Source: a virus (Duplodnaviria > Heunggongvirae > Uroviricota > Caudoviricetes). Taken from it: a DNA stretch of 64,000 nucleotides. Each line of letters begins with the position of its first letter. Position 1 is the first letter of the stretch. This document shows, in pieces, positions 37,817 through 46,345 of the stretch. Below the pieces are notes generated by a model, which saw nothing but the letters and a program-made list of their open reading frames with translations, was not told the origin of the DNA and ran no database searches. The translations under genes and the position numbers were made by a program. The DNA lies in IMG/VR virus record IMGVR_UViG_3300041955_000143, positions 37,290 through 101,289 of that record; one strand, 5' to 3'.

Positions 37817-38884
37817 ATGGTTCACGACATTCACCAATGGGAAAAACTGCCGTTCCCGAAGTCCCTGAGAGACTTTCAACGGCTTTTCCTCGACGACGCG
37901 GCGTGCGCTCGCTATCTCGAAGGCGCAAAATGGCCGGACGGCTTTCAATGTCCGCACTGCAAAGCCCGTGGCGAGCCTGTACGCATTGCTAAACGCCCGC
38001 TTGTGCTGGCGTGTCGCAAGTGCCGCAAGCAAACCTCCCTGACGGTCGGCACGGTCATGGAAAGCACTCATACGCCGCTGACGACTTGGTTTTGGGGCGC
38101 TTACCTCATTTCCAGCATGACGCCCGGTCTGTCTGCTGTTCAATTCCAGCGCCAGCTTGGCCTTACCCGATACGAAACCGCCTTCGGCATCCTACACAAG
38201 CTTCGCGCCGGTATGGTGCGCCAAGACCGCGACCGGATCGGCGGCAGCATTTCGGGCCGGGACCATATCGAAATTGACGAAACCTATATCGGCGGCGTGC
38301 TGCGCGGCGAGGGCAAAGGCCCCCATGCCGACGAAAAGACCCTTGTGGTCGCCGCCGTCGAGGTTCGCACCCGACCGCCCAAGAAGGGCGACAAGCCGCA
38401 ACGGCGCGGCGGGCGCTATGCCGGTCGCCTTCGGCTTGAAATCGTCCCCGACCGCACCGCCAAGTCCCTGTGCGGCTTTGTAGAGGCTGCGGTTGATCCT
38501 ACGTCCAACATGGTCGTTACCGATGCTTGGGGCGGCTACAACTCGCTGGCTGATCGCGGCTACGCCCACATGCCGGTCGTCGAGTCGAACAAGCCCGATG
38601 TTGCGGAAGAATACCTGCCAATCGTTCACCTTGTTTTCAGCAACCTCAAGGCTTGGCTGCAAGGCACGCACCACGGGCGCGTCGAGCCTAAGCACCTGCA
38701 AGCCTACCTCAACGAATTTACCTTCCGCTTCAATCGCCGCTTCTACCCGTTCAACGCCTTTCGTTCGCTCTTGGGCATTGGCGCAAACGGCGAAAGCCCG
38801 ACCTATGACGGGCTGTATAGTGGCGAATGGACGCATCCGAATGTCAGTCATGGAACACATCAACCGCTAGACACTGCATGTTGA
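37817..38884 (+). CDS. IS1595-family (ISXO2-like) DDE transposase
   Basis: N-terminal transposase zinc ribbon (AKWPDGFQCPHCKARGE...CRKCRK), DDE-region motifs HIEIDETYIGG, TDAWGGYNSL, C-terminal YLNEFTFRFNRR; paralogous to 62186..63088. Confidence 0.8.
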   Translation: MVHDIHQWEKLPFPKSLRDFQRLFLDDAACARYLEGAKWPDGFQCPHCKARGEPVRIAKRPLVLACRKCRKQTSLTVGTVMESTHTPLTTWFWGAYLISSMTPGLSAVQFQRQLGLTRYETAFGILHKLRAGMVRQDRDRIGGSISGRDHIEIDETYIGGVLRGEGKGPHADEKTLVVAAVEVRTRPPKKGDKPQRRGGRYAGRLRLEIVPDRTAKSLCGFVEAAVDPTSNMVVTDAWGGYNSLADRGYAHMPVVESNKPDVAEEYLPIVHLVFSNLKAWLQGTHHGRVEPKHLQAYLNEFTFRFNRRFYPFNAFRSLLGIGANGESPTYDGLYSGEWTHPNVSHGTHQPLDTAC

Positions 38885-38934
38885 AACCGGATAAGCATGT
38901 CAACTTTGATTGGCAGAACTTCCTTCACGGCGCG

Positions 38935-39111
38935 TCATTTGATCCTCTCGTCTTCGGTGGATTTCTTTATGGCATTGGCAAATGACAAGTCCGACTGCTC
39001 TGGGATAAAGGCCGAACCGTCATCGAAACCGCGCAATAATTTCAGCGCAGCAGCCGCCTCGCGTTCCCTGTGCTGGCGCACCGGCACAATGCCTGTCCAG
39101 ACATAGATCAT
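38935..39111 (-). CDS. small hypothetical protein (58 aa)
   Basis: Hand-translated ORF MIYVWTGIVPVRQHREREAAAALKLLRGFDDGSAFIPEQ...; stop lies 35 bp from IS insertion site. Confidence 0.3.
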   Translation of the reverse strand: MIYVWTGIVPVRQHREREAAAALKLLRGFDDGSAFIPEQSDLSFANAIKKSTEDERIK

Positions 39112-39353
39112 AGCTTGAAATCCGATCTGTAGAAGCGATTATGTCCCGGTGTGATGCGTGGTTTTAGCTGTTTATCCGCCCGCAGAACCGCGTAGTGCCG
39201 GTTTATCGTCCGCGTCGAGCAGTGAAGTTTTTGCGCGACATACTGCGCTCTGTGGCCGGCGAGAAATGCGGCCTCAATCTCGGCGAGTTCTGCTGCAGTG
39301 AAATGGTCGTGGTGGTTACGGGATTTTTCCCAGGTGTCGGGGGGATGGGTCAT
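39108..39353 (-). CDS. small HTH protein (sigma70 region-4/HTH_23-like)
   Basis: FTAAELAEIEAAFLAGHRAQYVAQKLHCSTRTINRHY; ORF open to 39521 but Met57 start (39353) gives ATGA coupling to upstream gene. Confidence 0.4.
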   Translation of the reverse strand: MTHPPDTWEKSRNHHDHFTAAELAEIEAAFLAGHRAQYVAQKLHCSTRTINRHYAVLRADKQLKPRITPGHNRFYRSDFKL

Positions 39354-40381
39354 GCTGGCATCTCCCTGACCCGCAATCGTTCTGGCCATTCTGCTTGGTC
39401 TCCCCCTTTTGCGGATCGTAAGTGAAGCGGATAGCCGTCGCTCAATGGCGCGGCGCCGAGTTGCTTGACAAAACACGCAACGCCAGCAGCCTCGCATTGC
39501 GCCACGATGCTGTCGGCCCATTCGATCTGCATCGGGCGTGCATTAGGTCCACTCTCTCCACCGACGATCACCCAATCTAGCGCCGCATGCCCCGAGGTGT
39601 CGCCGCCGTTACCATCGCCGCCCCATGGGCTAAATCGTTTACCGTTTAGGCAACTCTCCCATGAATGGCCGAGGCCACCGTCAAACTCCTCGTGAATGCG
39701 CGTGAGGTCAATCGGCGCCAATAGCGGCTCCGCCGAAATAAATCGGACCGCCGCCGGCGTCTGCAATAGAAGCGGTATGCGCTCGTCGGCTTCCTGCTGG
39801 CGTTCGCAGGAGACGCCGAGCCAACAATTTTCAAGCGGCCAGCAGTAACGAATCTTTGCTGGCGTAACAGTCTCGGCGAAGGCAACATTTCGATGCGTGG
39901 CGCACTGTGCCGCAACGCGCGAGCAGACGTCTCCACCGCCGATGCTGCTCACAGTGGTATCCGACATGTAGCGGCACATTCGCTCCGCTCGCTTCGTAAG
40001 GATTTGAAAAGTGTGCTGCGGGCATAACGCGGCGATAGCCAACATCTTGTCGATCCATTCATCCTTCACGAAGTCGGCGAACAGGTCGGTCATCGAACAG
40101 ACGAAGATCATGCGCGGCTTTTTCCAGCGTAGCGGCGCCTGCAGCATTTCATCGTCGAGAAAAATTTCGACGTCCTTGCGGTGCCCCGGCTTGAACGGCA
40201 GGCCAGTGCCGAGCCGCTTGTTCATGCTCTCGGCGTAGCAAAACTCGCATCCTACCGTAGCATGTTCACAGTACCAGCCGATACGCCCCCACGGTTCGCC
40301 GTCAGACCCGACCCCCGATCGGCGAGCTCGTATTGGCGTCCATGAGGCGTCCGTCCATTCTATGTTTGAGCGGTCGCTCAT
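39350..40381 (-). CDS. phage Gp37/Gp68-family protein (DUF5131)
   Basis: N-terminal SNIEWTDASWTP...GWYCEHATVGCEFCYAE matches DUF5131 signature (IEWT..W.P..GC...S.GC..CYA). Confidence 0.6.
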   Translation of the reverse strand: MSDRSNIEWTDASWTPIRARRSGVGSDGEPWGRIGWYCEHATVGCEFCYAESMNKRLGTGLPFKPGHRKDVEIFLDDEMLQAPLRWKKPRMIFVCSMTDLFADFVKDEWIDKMLAIAALCPQHTFQILTKRAERMCRYMSDTTVSSIGGGDVCSRVAAQCATHRNVAFAETVTPAKIRYCWPLENCWLGVSCERQQEADERIPLLLQTPAAVRFISAEPLLAPIDLTRIHEEFDGGLGHSWESCLNGKRFSPWGGDGNGGDTSGHAALDWVIVGGESGPNARPMQIEWADSIVAQCEAAGVACFVKQLGAAPLSDGYPLHLRSAKGGDQAEWPERLRVREMPA

Positions 40382-41004
40382 GGCGCGGACTCCTCGACCG
40401 GCGCATTGGTTCCAGCCGCCTCGCGTTCTTTGCGAGCGAGCATTGCCAGCGCTTCGCTTCCAATGGTTTTTGGCATAAGACGGCCCCCTCGCGCACTGAA
40501 CGCGGTGAGCGTAACCCAGATGCCGGCGCGTCCGTTTTCATCCCACTTCCATTCGCGCGGGTCTACGTCTTTGCTCTGCGACCACTCCTTCATTGCCTCG
40601 TAGGCTGGAGCGTCCGCGTTGACGAAGACGTTAGCGAAGGCACCTTGGCCTTCCCGCACCGGAGTTCCGTATCCGGGCACAAACTTGGGCATTGCTCGAT
40701 AGCGCGCCAAGGTCTCTCGGCGCGCCATCTCTTCCTCGCAGGCCGCCACAACTTTCGCGATCGACGGAGGAAAATCGGATTTCCGCTGCAGGCCGGTGCG
40801 CGGATCGGTGACGGCGACGATAACTGCTGGATCATATTTTTCCAACACGACGCCAAGTTGAGCGACAAAGCCTTCCGGGTCGGCAAAGTCATCGCGGCGG
40901 TAGGCGGAAAAGAGGACCTTCACTTGTTTGGTTATCAAGACGGCTTTCGAGATCCCCTTGTAATCTGTCGATTGCGTCGAGGAGTGATCCATTCCTTTTG
41001 CCAT
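40378..41004 (-). CDS. hypothetical protein (208 aa)
   Basis: ORF; start uncertain (overlaps next ORF by ~115 bp). Confidence 0.4.
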   Translation of the reverse strand: MAKGMDHSSTQSTDYKGISKAVLITKQVKVLFSAYRRDDFADPEGFVAQLGVVLEKYDPAVIVAVTDPRTGLQRKSDFPPSIAKVVAACEEEMARRETLARYRAMPKFVPGYGTPVREGQGAFANVFVNADAPAYEAMKEWSQSKDVDPREWKWDENGRAGIWVTLTAFSARGGRLMPKTIGSEALAMLARKEREAAGTNAPVEESAP

Positions 41005-41230
41005 TTACCTTCCCTTGTTGCTTTGAGACTCGGCGCATCCAACCTTTGAATGCCATCGACCAATTCGACTTGCGAGCTATTTGCCTGTTCGCGTTTGCGC
41101 CAGCCCACAAGCGCATATCTTCGGCCATTTCGTTGATTCGGTCGTCCGAGAGGTGCAAGATGCGGTGACCATAATCGCGATCATCGTTCGAGGGTAACCA
41201 ATCATCCGGCAACGCCAATCCTCGCGCCAT
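40889..41230 (-). CDS. hypothetical protein (~113 aa)
   Basis: ORF open to 41422; Met65 start abuts RNase H stop; overlap with 40378..41004 means one of the two starts is wrong. Confidence 0.25.
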   Translation of the reverse strand: MARGLALPDDWLPSNDDRDYGHRILHLSDDRINEMAEDMRLWAGANANRQIARKSNWSMAFKGWMRRVSKQQGKVNGKRNGSLLDAIDRLQGDLESRLDNQTSEGPLFRLPPR

Positions 41231-41231
41231 T

Positions 41232-41744
41232 TTATGCCGCCTCCGGCTGAATCCTAAACTCAATACCGCTTTTGTGTAGTTCAGCTTTCGAGAGTTCGTC
41301 GGCGATTGAATTGTGTTCGCGGCCGATCCACGTCCCATGAAGTGCGCGAAATTTTTTAACTTTCTCGCGAGCGGCCCTAGCGTATTCAGCGTAGAAGCCG
41401 CCCTTGATTTTCCAGCTTCCAAAACATTGTTGGATGACTAGGTTCGAATCGCCCTTGACCAAAATCAATTCGCTGGTCAGGCCGCGCTCAATGAACCAAT
41501 CGAGAATAGCGGTGAAGGCGAGATATTCGGCGACGTTATTTGAGGTCTGCGGTGACGCGGGAATCATCCCCGAAGTCTGCCACACCAGATCGCCGTTTTT
41601 GAAAATAACCGCGCCGTACCCTGCGGTTCCCCCTGGATTGCGGGGCTCGCAGCACCCATCGAAGAAAGCGATATAGGCACCCATCGATTCGGCATATCTC
41701 ACCGCGTTTTCGTCCGTTCGCACCCGCGCTCGTCTTCGCTTCAT
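41232..41744 (-). CDS. rnhA: ribonuclease H (RNase HI-like)
   Basis: FDGCC..NPGGTAGYGAVI, VAEYLAFTAILDW, ELILVKGDSNLVIQQ, REHNSIADELSKAEL match RNase H catalytic motifs. Confidence 0.65.
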   Translation of the reverse strand: MKRRRARVRTDENAVRYAESMGAYIAFFDGCCEPRNPGGTAGYGAVIFKNGDLVWQTSGMIPASPQTSNNVAEYLAFTAILDWFIERGLTSELILVKGDSNLVIQQCFGSWKIKGGFYAEYARAAREKVKKFRALHGTWIGREHNSIADELSKAELHKSGIEFRIQPEAA

Positions 41745-41749
41745 TCAAT

Positions 41750-42230
41750 TCCTCCATAGACCGCTTTCCGCAACTTCCGGCACAGAAGCCATGCGGGTGG
41801 GAAGCCCGTTAGCGCTATAGCTTGGGATGCCCTGATTTCGGGAGGGCCAGACCGCCGGCTACGCTTGATACAGTGCCTTAGAAGTCCCAAGTTTTCGGCG
41901 GGCCGACGAGCCGCACCCGCCAGGGTAGGAAATCCTGCCTTGCGGCAGGCAAAGTTCCCCGCGCTTCGTCCCTCGGAAGTCAGCCGAGGCACTGCGGCAA
42001 GGTAAAGTGAGGTGAGCTCAGTCGGACAAAGTCCGGGCCGGACAGGTGGGCGATATTGACGGGGCGGCACAAAACCCTTATTTAATCCCCGTCTTTGGTC
42101 TGGATTTCTGTCCATAGCACCATCCAGATCGGCGCCGGCGAGCTTGCCACTCGACCGGCGCGTTCTTTTTCTAAGGCCGATTCGCAATTTTTGGAAGCCT
42201 CAGCCAATAGACATACGTCAGTATTACTGC
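41750..42230. other. ~480-bp region without convincing CDS; hairpin-rich, candidate structured non-coding RNA
   Basis: Only ORFs are Arg-rich or overlapping artefacts; several clean stem-loops (CCUGCC-UUGC-GGCAGG; GGCGGG-13nt-CCCGCC; CCUCGG-7nt-CCGAGG) and an AAAGUCCGGGC box. Confidence 0.15.
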
Positions 42231-42232
42231 CA

Positions 42233-42478
42233 CTATTTCGCCGCCCCCAGCTTCAACCGCTTCGTCTTGCTTGGGGTTGGATTTGCGGCGGTGATCGTGA
42301 CGACGCAATTATTCTCTATCTCGAAGAAATGACTATCGAATTTAATAGTGCCATTAGTCATTCCGGAGCAGATCCTTTGAATTTCTGCCCTATCGCGATC
42401 GAGGTTAAAGCCGCGGACGCGCTCGAGCCAACGGCATAGCGCATGGTCTGTGACACGGGGCGGCTTGGTCATTTCCAA
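42233..42478 (-). CDS. hypothetical protein (81 aa)
   Basis: Small ORF. Confidence 0.3.
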   Translation of the reverse strand: MEMTKPPRVTDHALCRWLERVRGFNLDRDRAEIQRICSGMTNGTIKFDSHFFEIENNCVVTITAANPTPSKTKRLKLGAAK

Positions 42479-43095
42479 GAGATCCTATGCAGTTCGGCTG
42501 GTCCTTGGTGGCCGAGTTGCCAGATAAACCAAGCGAATGCTGTCGCGCTTGAGGCGCGGGGGCCATCCCATCCAGCCCTGTGCATCATCGGCAGACGTGA
42601 ACGGAAGGCATAGACGCGCGCCAAGAGGCCCCCGTCGAGGATTGCACTACGGCGCTGCCCCTCGATGAAGGCTAGCCGCAGGAGCATCACCACTTTGGGC
42701 ACACCCAGCGTGAGCGCATGGGTGACGAATCGATCGGCGAGCGCATAAGGTGGATTGGTCACTATCGCGCCGATATGAAAACCAGGGTGTGCTTCCATAA
42801 GGAAGTCGATGCGGCTCTCAGAATCAGGGCAATCGCGGTCGACGAGATCCGTCGCGTAAACACGATGACCAGATTCCCGCAGTACCTTGACGATCGCCCC
42901 ATCACCGCAGGCTGGTTCCCAAATAGTGCCACTGAATTTTTCGACCTTCAAAAGCGCATGAACGGCTTCTGGCGGCGTGGCGTAGAAATCGTCCCGACGT
43001 TCCACTAGTGGGGCACGGCCAGATTGAGCCGATTTGTCGAGCATCGCCCTAGAACTCCTCACACTTCCAGTTTGTGCCGATCTTGGTAACCGCAA
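42469..43095 (-). CDS. DNA N6-adenine (or N4-cytosine) methyltransferase
   Basis: AIVTNPPY catalytic motif and FYATPP region read from translation. Confidence 0.6.
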   Translation of the reverse strand: MRLPRSAQTGSVRSSRAMLDKSAQSGRAPLVERRDDFYATPPEAVHALLKVEKFSGTIWEPACGDGAIVKVLRESGHRVYATDLVDRDCPDSESRIDFLMEAHPGFHIGAIVTNPPYALADRFVTHALTLGVPKVVMLLRLAFIEGQRRSAILDGGLLARVYAFRSRLPMMHRAGWDGPRASSATAFAWFIWQLGHQGPAELHRISWK

Positions 43096-43465
43096 TGAAC
43101 CTAAGCGGGTATATCGAGGCGGCCACCTTGATTTTTACCCGCGCATCGTCGCGCCAGAAGCCTTTGACTTCGTGCATCTCAAGGACGCCGCTCGCCGGTA
43201 GCACAGCAAAATCAGGGGTATAGAACGTCGCATCGGCCAGCCGCAGCTTGATCGCCTCGAACTTGTGCCACAGAATGTCACCAGATGCCCGTAGGAGCCA
43301 CAGGTATGCGTCATAGGCCGCTTCGGTGCCGTTCATAGCCTCAGTCGTCAAACGGCCATGGGCGAGGCCCCTAGCCTCGGCGGCGGGCGATTTGAGCGGC
43401 GCGGAGGTTCCTTCCGCTTTGCCCCGAGTTAGAAACTCTCGGTATTCTTCCTCAGTCCAGCGCAT
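43049..43465 (-). CDS. PD-(D/E)XK-type nuclease (VRR-NUC-like)
   Basis: TPDF...LEMHEVKG arrangement (D...E.K) typical of PD-(D/E)XK. Confidence 0.45.
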   Translation of the reverse strand: MRWTEEEYREFLTRGKAEGTSAPLKSPAAEARGLAHGRLTTEAMNGTEAAYDAYLWLLRASGDILWHKFEAIKLRLADATFYTPDFAVLPASGVLEMHEVKGFWRDDARVKIKVAASIYPLRFIAVTKIGTNWKCEEF

Positions 43466-43792
43466 TCACGCCGCGGCGCCAGCAGCCGCGAGCTTGACGC
43501 TGGCGCGCTCGATAGCGGATTTTCCAAGCGGGGTGTCGGCGAGCATTCCTAAAGCCGATTCGTAAGTGGAGACAATGGCTTCGTGCTCGGCCCGCTCGGT
43601 GGCATCCTGCTTCCGCAGCCGGATAATGGTTCGGAGCGCCTTGACGTCGAAACCGTTGCCTTTGGCCTCGGCGTAAACGTCGCGAATATCGTCGGCGACT
43701 TGCTGCTTATCTTCGGACAAGCGTTCGATCCGTTCCACGAAGGATTTCAGGTGGTCCTTCGCGCTCTTCGCCAGTTGCCCCTCGGTCGCCAT
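43466..43792 (-). CDS. GapR-like DNA-binding protein (DUF2312/UPF0335)
   Basis: HLKSFVERIERLSEDKQQVADDIRDVYAEAKGNGFDVKALRTIIRLRKQD matches DUF2312 consensus. Confidence 0.55.
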   Translation of the reverse strand: MATEGQLAKSAKDHLKSFVERIERLSEDKQQVADDIRDVYAEAKGNGFDVKALRTIIRLRKQDATERAEHEAIVSTYESALGMLADTPLGKSAIERASVKLAAAGAAA

Positions 43793-43814
43793 TGCCGTCC
43801 TCCGTGGTTTGGAA

Positions 43815-44060
43815 TCAGTTCATTCTACTGCGCTTTTCCTGATTCGCCGCTTCGTTCCACATCTCGTCGTCGGCCAAGAGATCGCGCAGAAGCGCCGCAG
43901 CCGCATCGGTGGGATGCAGCCCAGTCGCCTGCCCGAATCGCGCCAGACGCCGAATCGTCTCGGGGTCCAGCGGGATAGGGACCCGCTCGCGATCGTCTTT
44001 GGTTCGCATGGTGGCGGCGCGGTATCCGATTCCCTTGTTCGGTTCAAGGCAGAGGAACAT
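43815..44060 (-). CDS. hypothetical protein (81 aa)
   Basis: Small ORF. Confidence 0.35.
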   Translation of the reverse strand: MFLCLEPNKGIGYRAATMRTKDDRERVPIPLDPETIRRLARFGQATGLHPTDAAAALLRDLLADDEMWNEAANQEKRSRMN

Positions 44061-44338
44061 TACCTGCGCTCCGAGCGGTGCATAAAGAGCGGTCGCAGGG
44101 CTGGAAACGGTTTATTCTCAGGCCATTTTTTGCGGAATTTCTCGACTATTTCGTCGAGCTTGTGTATGGTAATTGAGGCTGGCTTATCCTTAAATTTATC
44201 GTTTGGGGCAAATAGGTTAGATAGAAATGAGCTATTGCCGTACATCTCCTTGCTCACGGCCGACAATGGCTTGCCAGTTGCCTTGCAATAGGCCCCGACC
44301 AAGGTGCGGAGATTTTCTAGGGCTACGTCGGAGATCAT
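44060..44338 (-). CDS. hypothetical protein (92 aa); first gene of leftward block
   Basis: ORF at divergence point. Confidence 0.35.
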   Translation of the reverse strand: MISDVALENLRTLVGAYCKATGKPLSAVSKEMYGNSSFLSNLFAPNDKFKDKPASITIHKLDEIVEKFRKKWPENKPFPALRPLFMHRSERR

Positions 44339-44387
44339 CGGGAGAAAGGATTATCAGCCTACGTTAACAAATGCAAGGCACCCCCCT

Positions 44388-44416
44388 TGACGAAGGAAAT
44401 CTTTTCCCCTAATCTC
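44388..44416 (+). promoter_or_regulatory. candidate sigma70-type promoter (TTGACG-17 nt-TAATCT) for rightward block
   Basis: ttgacgaaggaaatcttttcccctaatct in the divergent intergenic region. Confidence 0.35.
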
Positions 44417-44450
44417 TGTTTTGCGACGTAGCCAAATCAGGGGACGTTCG

Positions 44451-44699
44451 ATGAAAACCAAGCACACAGTCACCGACAGCAAGGGGCAGGTCCACAAGCG
44501 CACAAGCGCTAGCCGCCTCTACACTCACGCCGTTGTTGTCCACTTGCCGGCGATCCCCGCCCACGATCATTTTCTTGCGTGGCCCGCTCGCACCCATGTC
44601 GAGTGGGCCTCTAGTCTCACGCTCGCGCAAAAGGCCGCCTCCCCGTGGCGCCGCAAGGACACCGAAGGCGTCGAGATCATCGAGGCGGTGCGGTCATGA
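44451..44699 (+). CDS. hypothetical protein (82 aa)
   Basis: First ORF of plus-strand block. Confidence 0.35.
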   Translation: MKTKHTVTDSKGQVHKRTSASRLYTHAVVVHLPAIPAHDHFLAWPARTHVEWASSLTLAQKAASPWRRKDTEGVEIIEAVRS

Positions 44700-44950
44700 C
44701 CCTCACAGATTTACGCGAGCTACTGACCAGCGGAAAATTTCACCACGCAACCGTCAAGCTAGGTCGCGGCCGATGCTGGGATGGGCTTTACATCTACGAG
44801 AAGGGAGAGGGCGTCGGTTCCTTCCGCGGCTATAAGCTGACCGGCGCAATCCCTTACGGGTGGGGCGACAGCGAAAGCCCCGAAATGACCGCCGCGATGG
44901 AACTGGTTAAGAGCACGGGCTGGTCATTCGGCGCCTATGGCGAGGGCTAA
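44696..44950 (+). CDS. hypothetical protein (84 aa)
   Basis: ATGA coupling. Confidence 0.35.
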   Translation: MTLTDLRELLTSGKFHHATVKLGRGRCWDGLYIYEKGEGVGSFRGYKLTGAIPYGWGDSESPEMTAAMELVKSTGWSFGAYGEG

Positions 44951-45461
44951 CATGAAGTCTCCCACGCGATTTGAGACAGTGACCTGCTCGCGCTGCGGCG
45001 GCTCGGGCGAGTATTCCTATTGCCAGATGTACGGCCGGACGTGCTTCAAATGCGGCGGCTCGGGCCGACAACTCACCAAGCGCGGCCGAGCCGCCGCCGA
45101 TTACTTGCGGGCGCTGCGGACGATCAAGGCCCGCGACGTCAAGTTCGGCGATTGCGTCTATATCAGCGCGGTCCCCGGCTTCGCGAAGGCGACTTACGTC
45201 CGCGTCGATACGATCTACACGCAACTGCGAAGCGGCAGTCACCGCGACCCAAAAACGGGCGAGACAGTCTACGTCAACCATCTAAACCTGAACGGCACCA
45301 CGCCGAAGGGCGAGCGGTTTGGACTTGGCACCTTCCCTGATGCTGACGTCCGCCTCGTTCCGACGAAGGCCGAGGCCGAAGCACAGGTCGCTAAAGCACT
45401 CGCCTACCAAGCAACCCTCACCAAGGCTGGCACGGTCGCCAAGCGCGCGAGGGCAGCGTGA
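44937..45461 (+). CDS. zinc-ribbon protein (174 aa; two CxxC..CxxC units)
   Basis: CSRCGGSG...CFKCGGSG. Confidence 0.4.
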   Translation: MARANMKSPTRFETVTCSRCGGSGEYSYCQMYGRTCFKCGGSGRQLTKRGRAAADYLRALRTIKARDVKFGDCVYISAVPGFAKATYVRVDTIYTQLRSGSHRDPKTGETVYVNHLNLNGTTPKGERFGLGTFPDADVRLVPTKAEAEAQVAKALAYQATLTKAGTVAKRARAA

Positions 45462-45561
45462 TGAAAAACTACATCGCAGTCACCGCGGCTCTAGCGGCAG
45501 GCACTTTGATCGCCGTCGCGGCGGTTGCTCCTTACGTTTACCTGATCGCGTGGAGCGTAAG

Positions 45562-45945
45562 GTGAGCGCGCACACGCCTGGACCGTGGGCTGTTTTAAGC
45601 GGCTTTCCATGCGAGATCGTGCCGGAAGCACATCGTAATCGACCATACGGAGGGTCGATTTATGAAGCCGAAGATAGAGAACGTTACGCGCTTCGTATCG
45701 CTTCGGCTGATACAAACACGCTTTCCAACTTCGCCCACGAGATTCCGAGAGAGCAAGCTAAGGCCAATGCCCACCTGATCGCCGCCGCACCGGACTTGCT
45801 AGAGGCGCTTCGCGTCCTTGAGGACGCTTATACAAGCGACGTAAACTGGAATAATCGTAATGAAAACATCATTGCGAAAGCGCGAGCCGCTATTAGCAAA
45901 GCCACTGCGGGGGAACACCCATCCACCAAAGAGAGTGTCCGATGA
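45562..45945 (+). CDS. hypothetical protein (~127 aa, GTG start)
   Basis: In-frame part of ORF 45319..45945 after a 34-aa hydrophobic micro-ORF (45461..45565). Confidence 0.3.
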   Translation: MSAHTPGPWAVLSGFPCEIVPEAHRNRPYGGSIYEAEDRERYALRIASADTNTLSNFAHEIPREQAKANAHLIAAAPDLLEALRVLEDAYTSDVNWNNRNENIIAKARAAISKATAGEHPSTKESVR

Positions 45946-46027
45946 TCGCGTTCGAGAAGATCGTTTCTACCGTAATTTTCTCCGCATTGGCCGGGGCGTT
46001 CCTGGCCGCCATTTGGGTGTTCGTCCT

Positions 46028-46345
46028 GTGACGCTCGATTGTTCGCGCTGCGGTCAACCGCACACTAGGACAGGACAACGATACTGCCGTGATTGCCACG
46101 CGGCCTACATGCGGGAATGGCGCAAAACGCACCCTCTGACCGAAGTGGCGCGAGAAAAGGACATGGTCCGTTCGATTGCTGGCACCTACAAGCGCCGCGG
46201 GGTTTTAGTGCCTCAGCCTTGTGCTTGCGGTTCAAGCGACGTCGAAATGCACCATCCGGACTATGACCGACCGCTTTTGGTCGTTTGGATGTGCCGTCCG
46301 TGTCATCTCAATTACCACGTGAAACATGAGGGGTGTCCCCTATGA
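46028..46345 (+). CDS. Cys/His-rich zinc-binding protein (~105 aa)
   Basis: CSRCG..., CRDCH, CACG, CRPCH. Confidence 0.3.
   Translation: MTLDCSRCGQPHTRTGQRYCRDCHAAYMREWRKTHPLTEVAREKDMVRSIAGTYKRRGVLVPQPCACGSSDVEMHHPDYDRPLLVVWMCRPCHLNYHVKHEGCPL

Larger units (their letters stand above)
36598..38899 (+). mobile_element. IS1595-family transposable element (tIS, 2302 bp) carrying two passenger genes; imperfect ~25-bp TIRs (CATGCTTATCCG[C/G]TT..ACATGCA) and 8-bp TSD TCAACTTT (36590..36597 and 38900..38907)
   Basis: TIRs and direct duplication read directly; 8-bp TSD is characteristic of the IS1595 family; DDE transposase with N-terminal zinc ribbon inside. Confidence 0.75.

Noticed and set aside
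36590-38143. 517-aa minus-strand ORF spanning the transposon
   Set aside because: Antisense to three well-supported plus-strand genes with clear family motifs; Arg-rich low-complexity translation typical of a wrong frame
38897-39106. 69-aa plus-strand ORF starting in the IS right IR
   Set aside because: Begins inside the inverted repeat and is antisense to a better-supported 58-aa minus gene; likely artefact
42020-42040. AAAGUCCGGGC box resembling RNase P RNA P4
   Set aside because: Other conserved RNase P elements are absent or in the wrong order; kept only as part of the generic candidate-RNA region
41741-42187. 148-aa minus-strand ORF in the non-coding gap
   Set aside because: Arg-rich, no coupling to neighbours, overlaps the hairpin-rich region; judged non-coding
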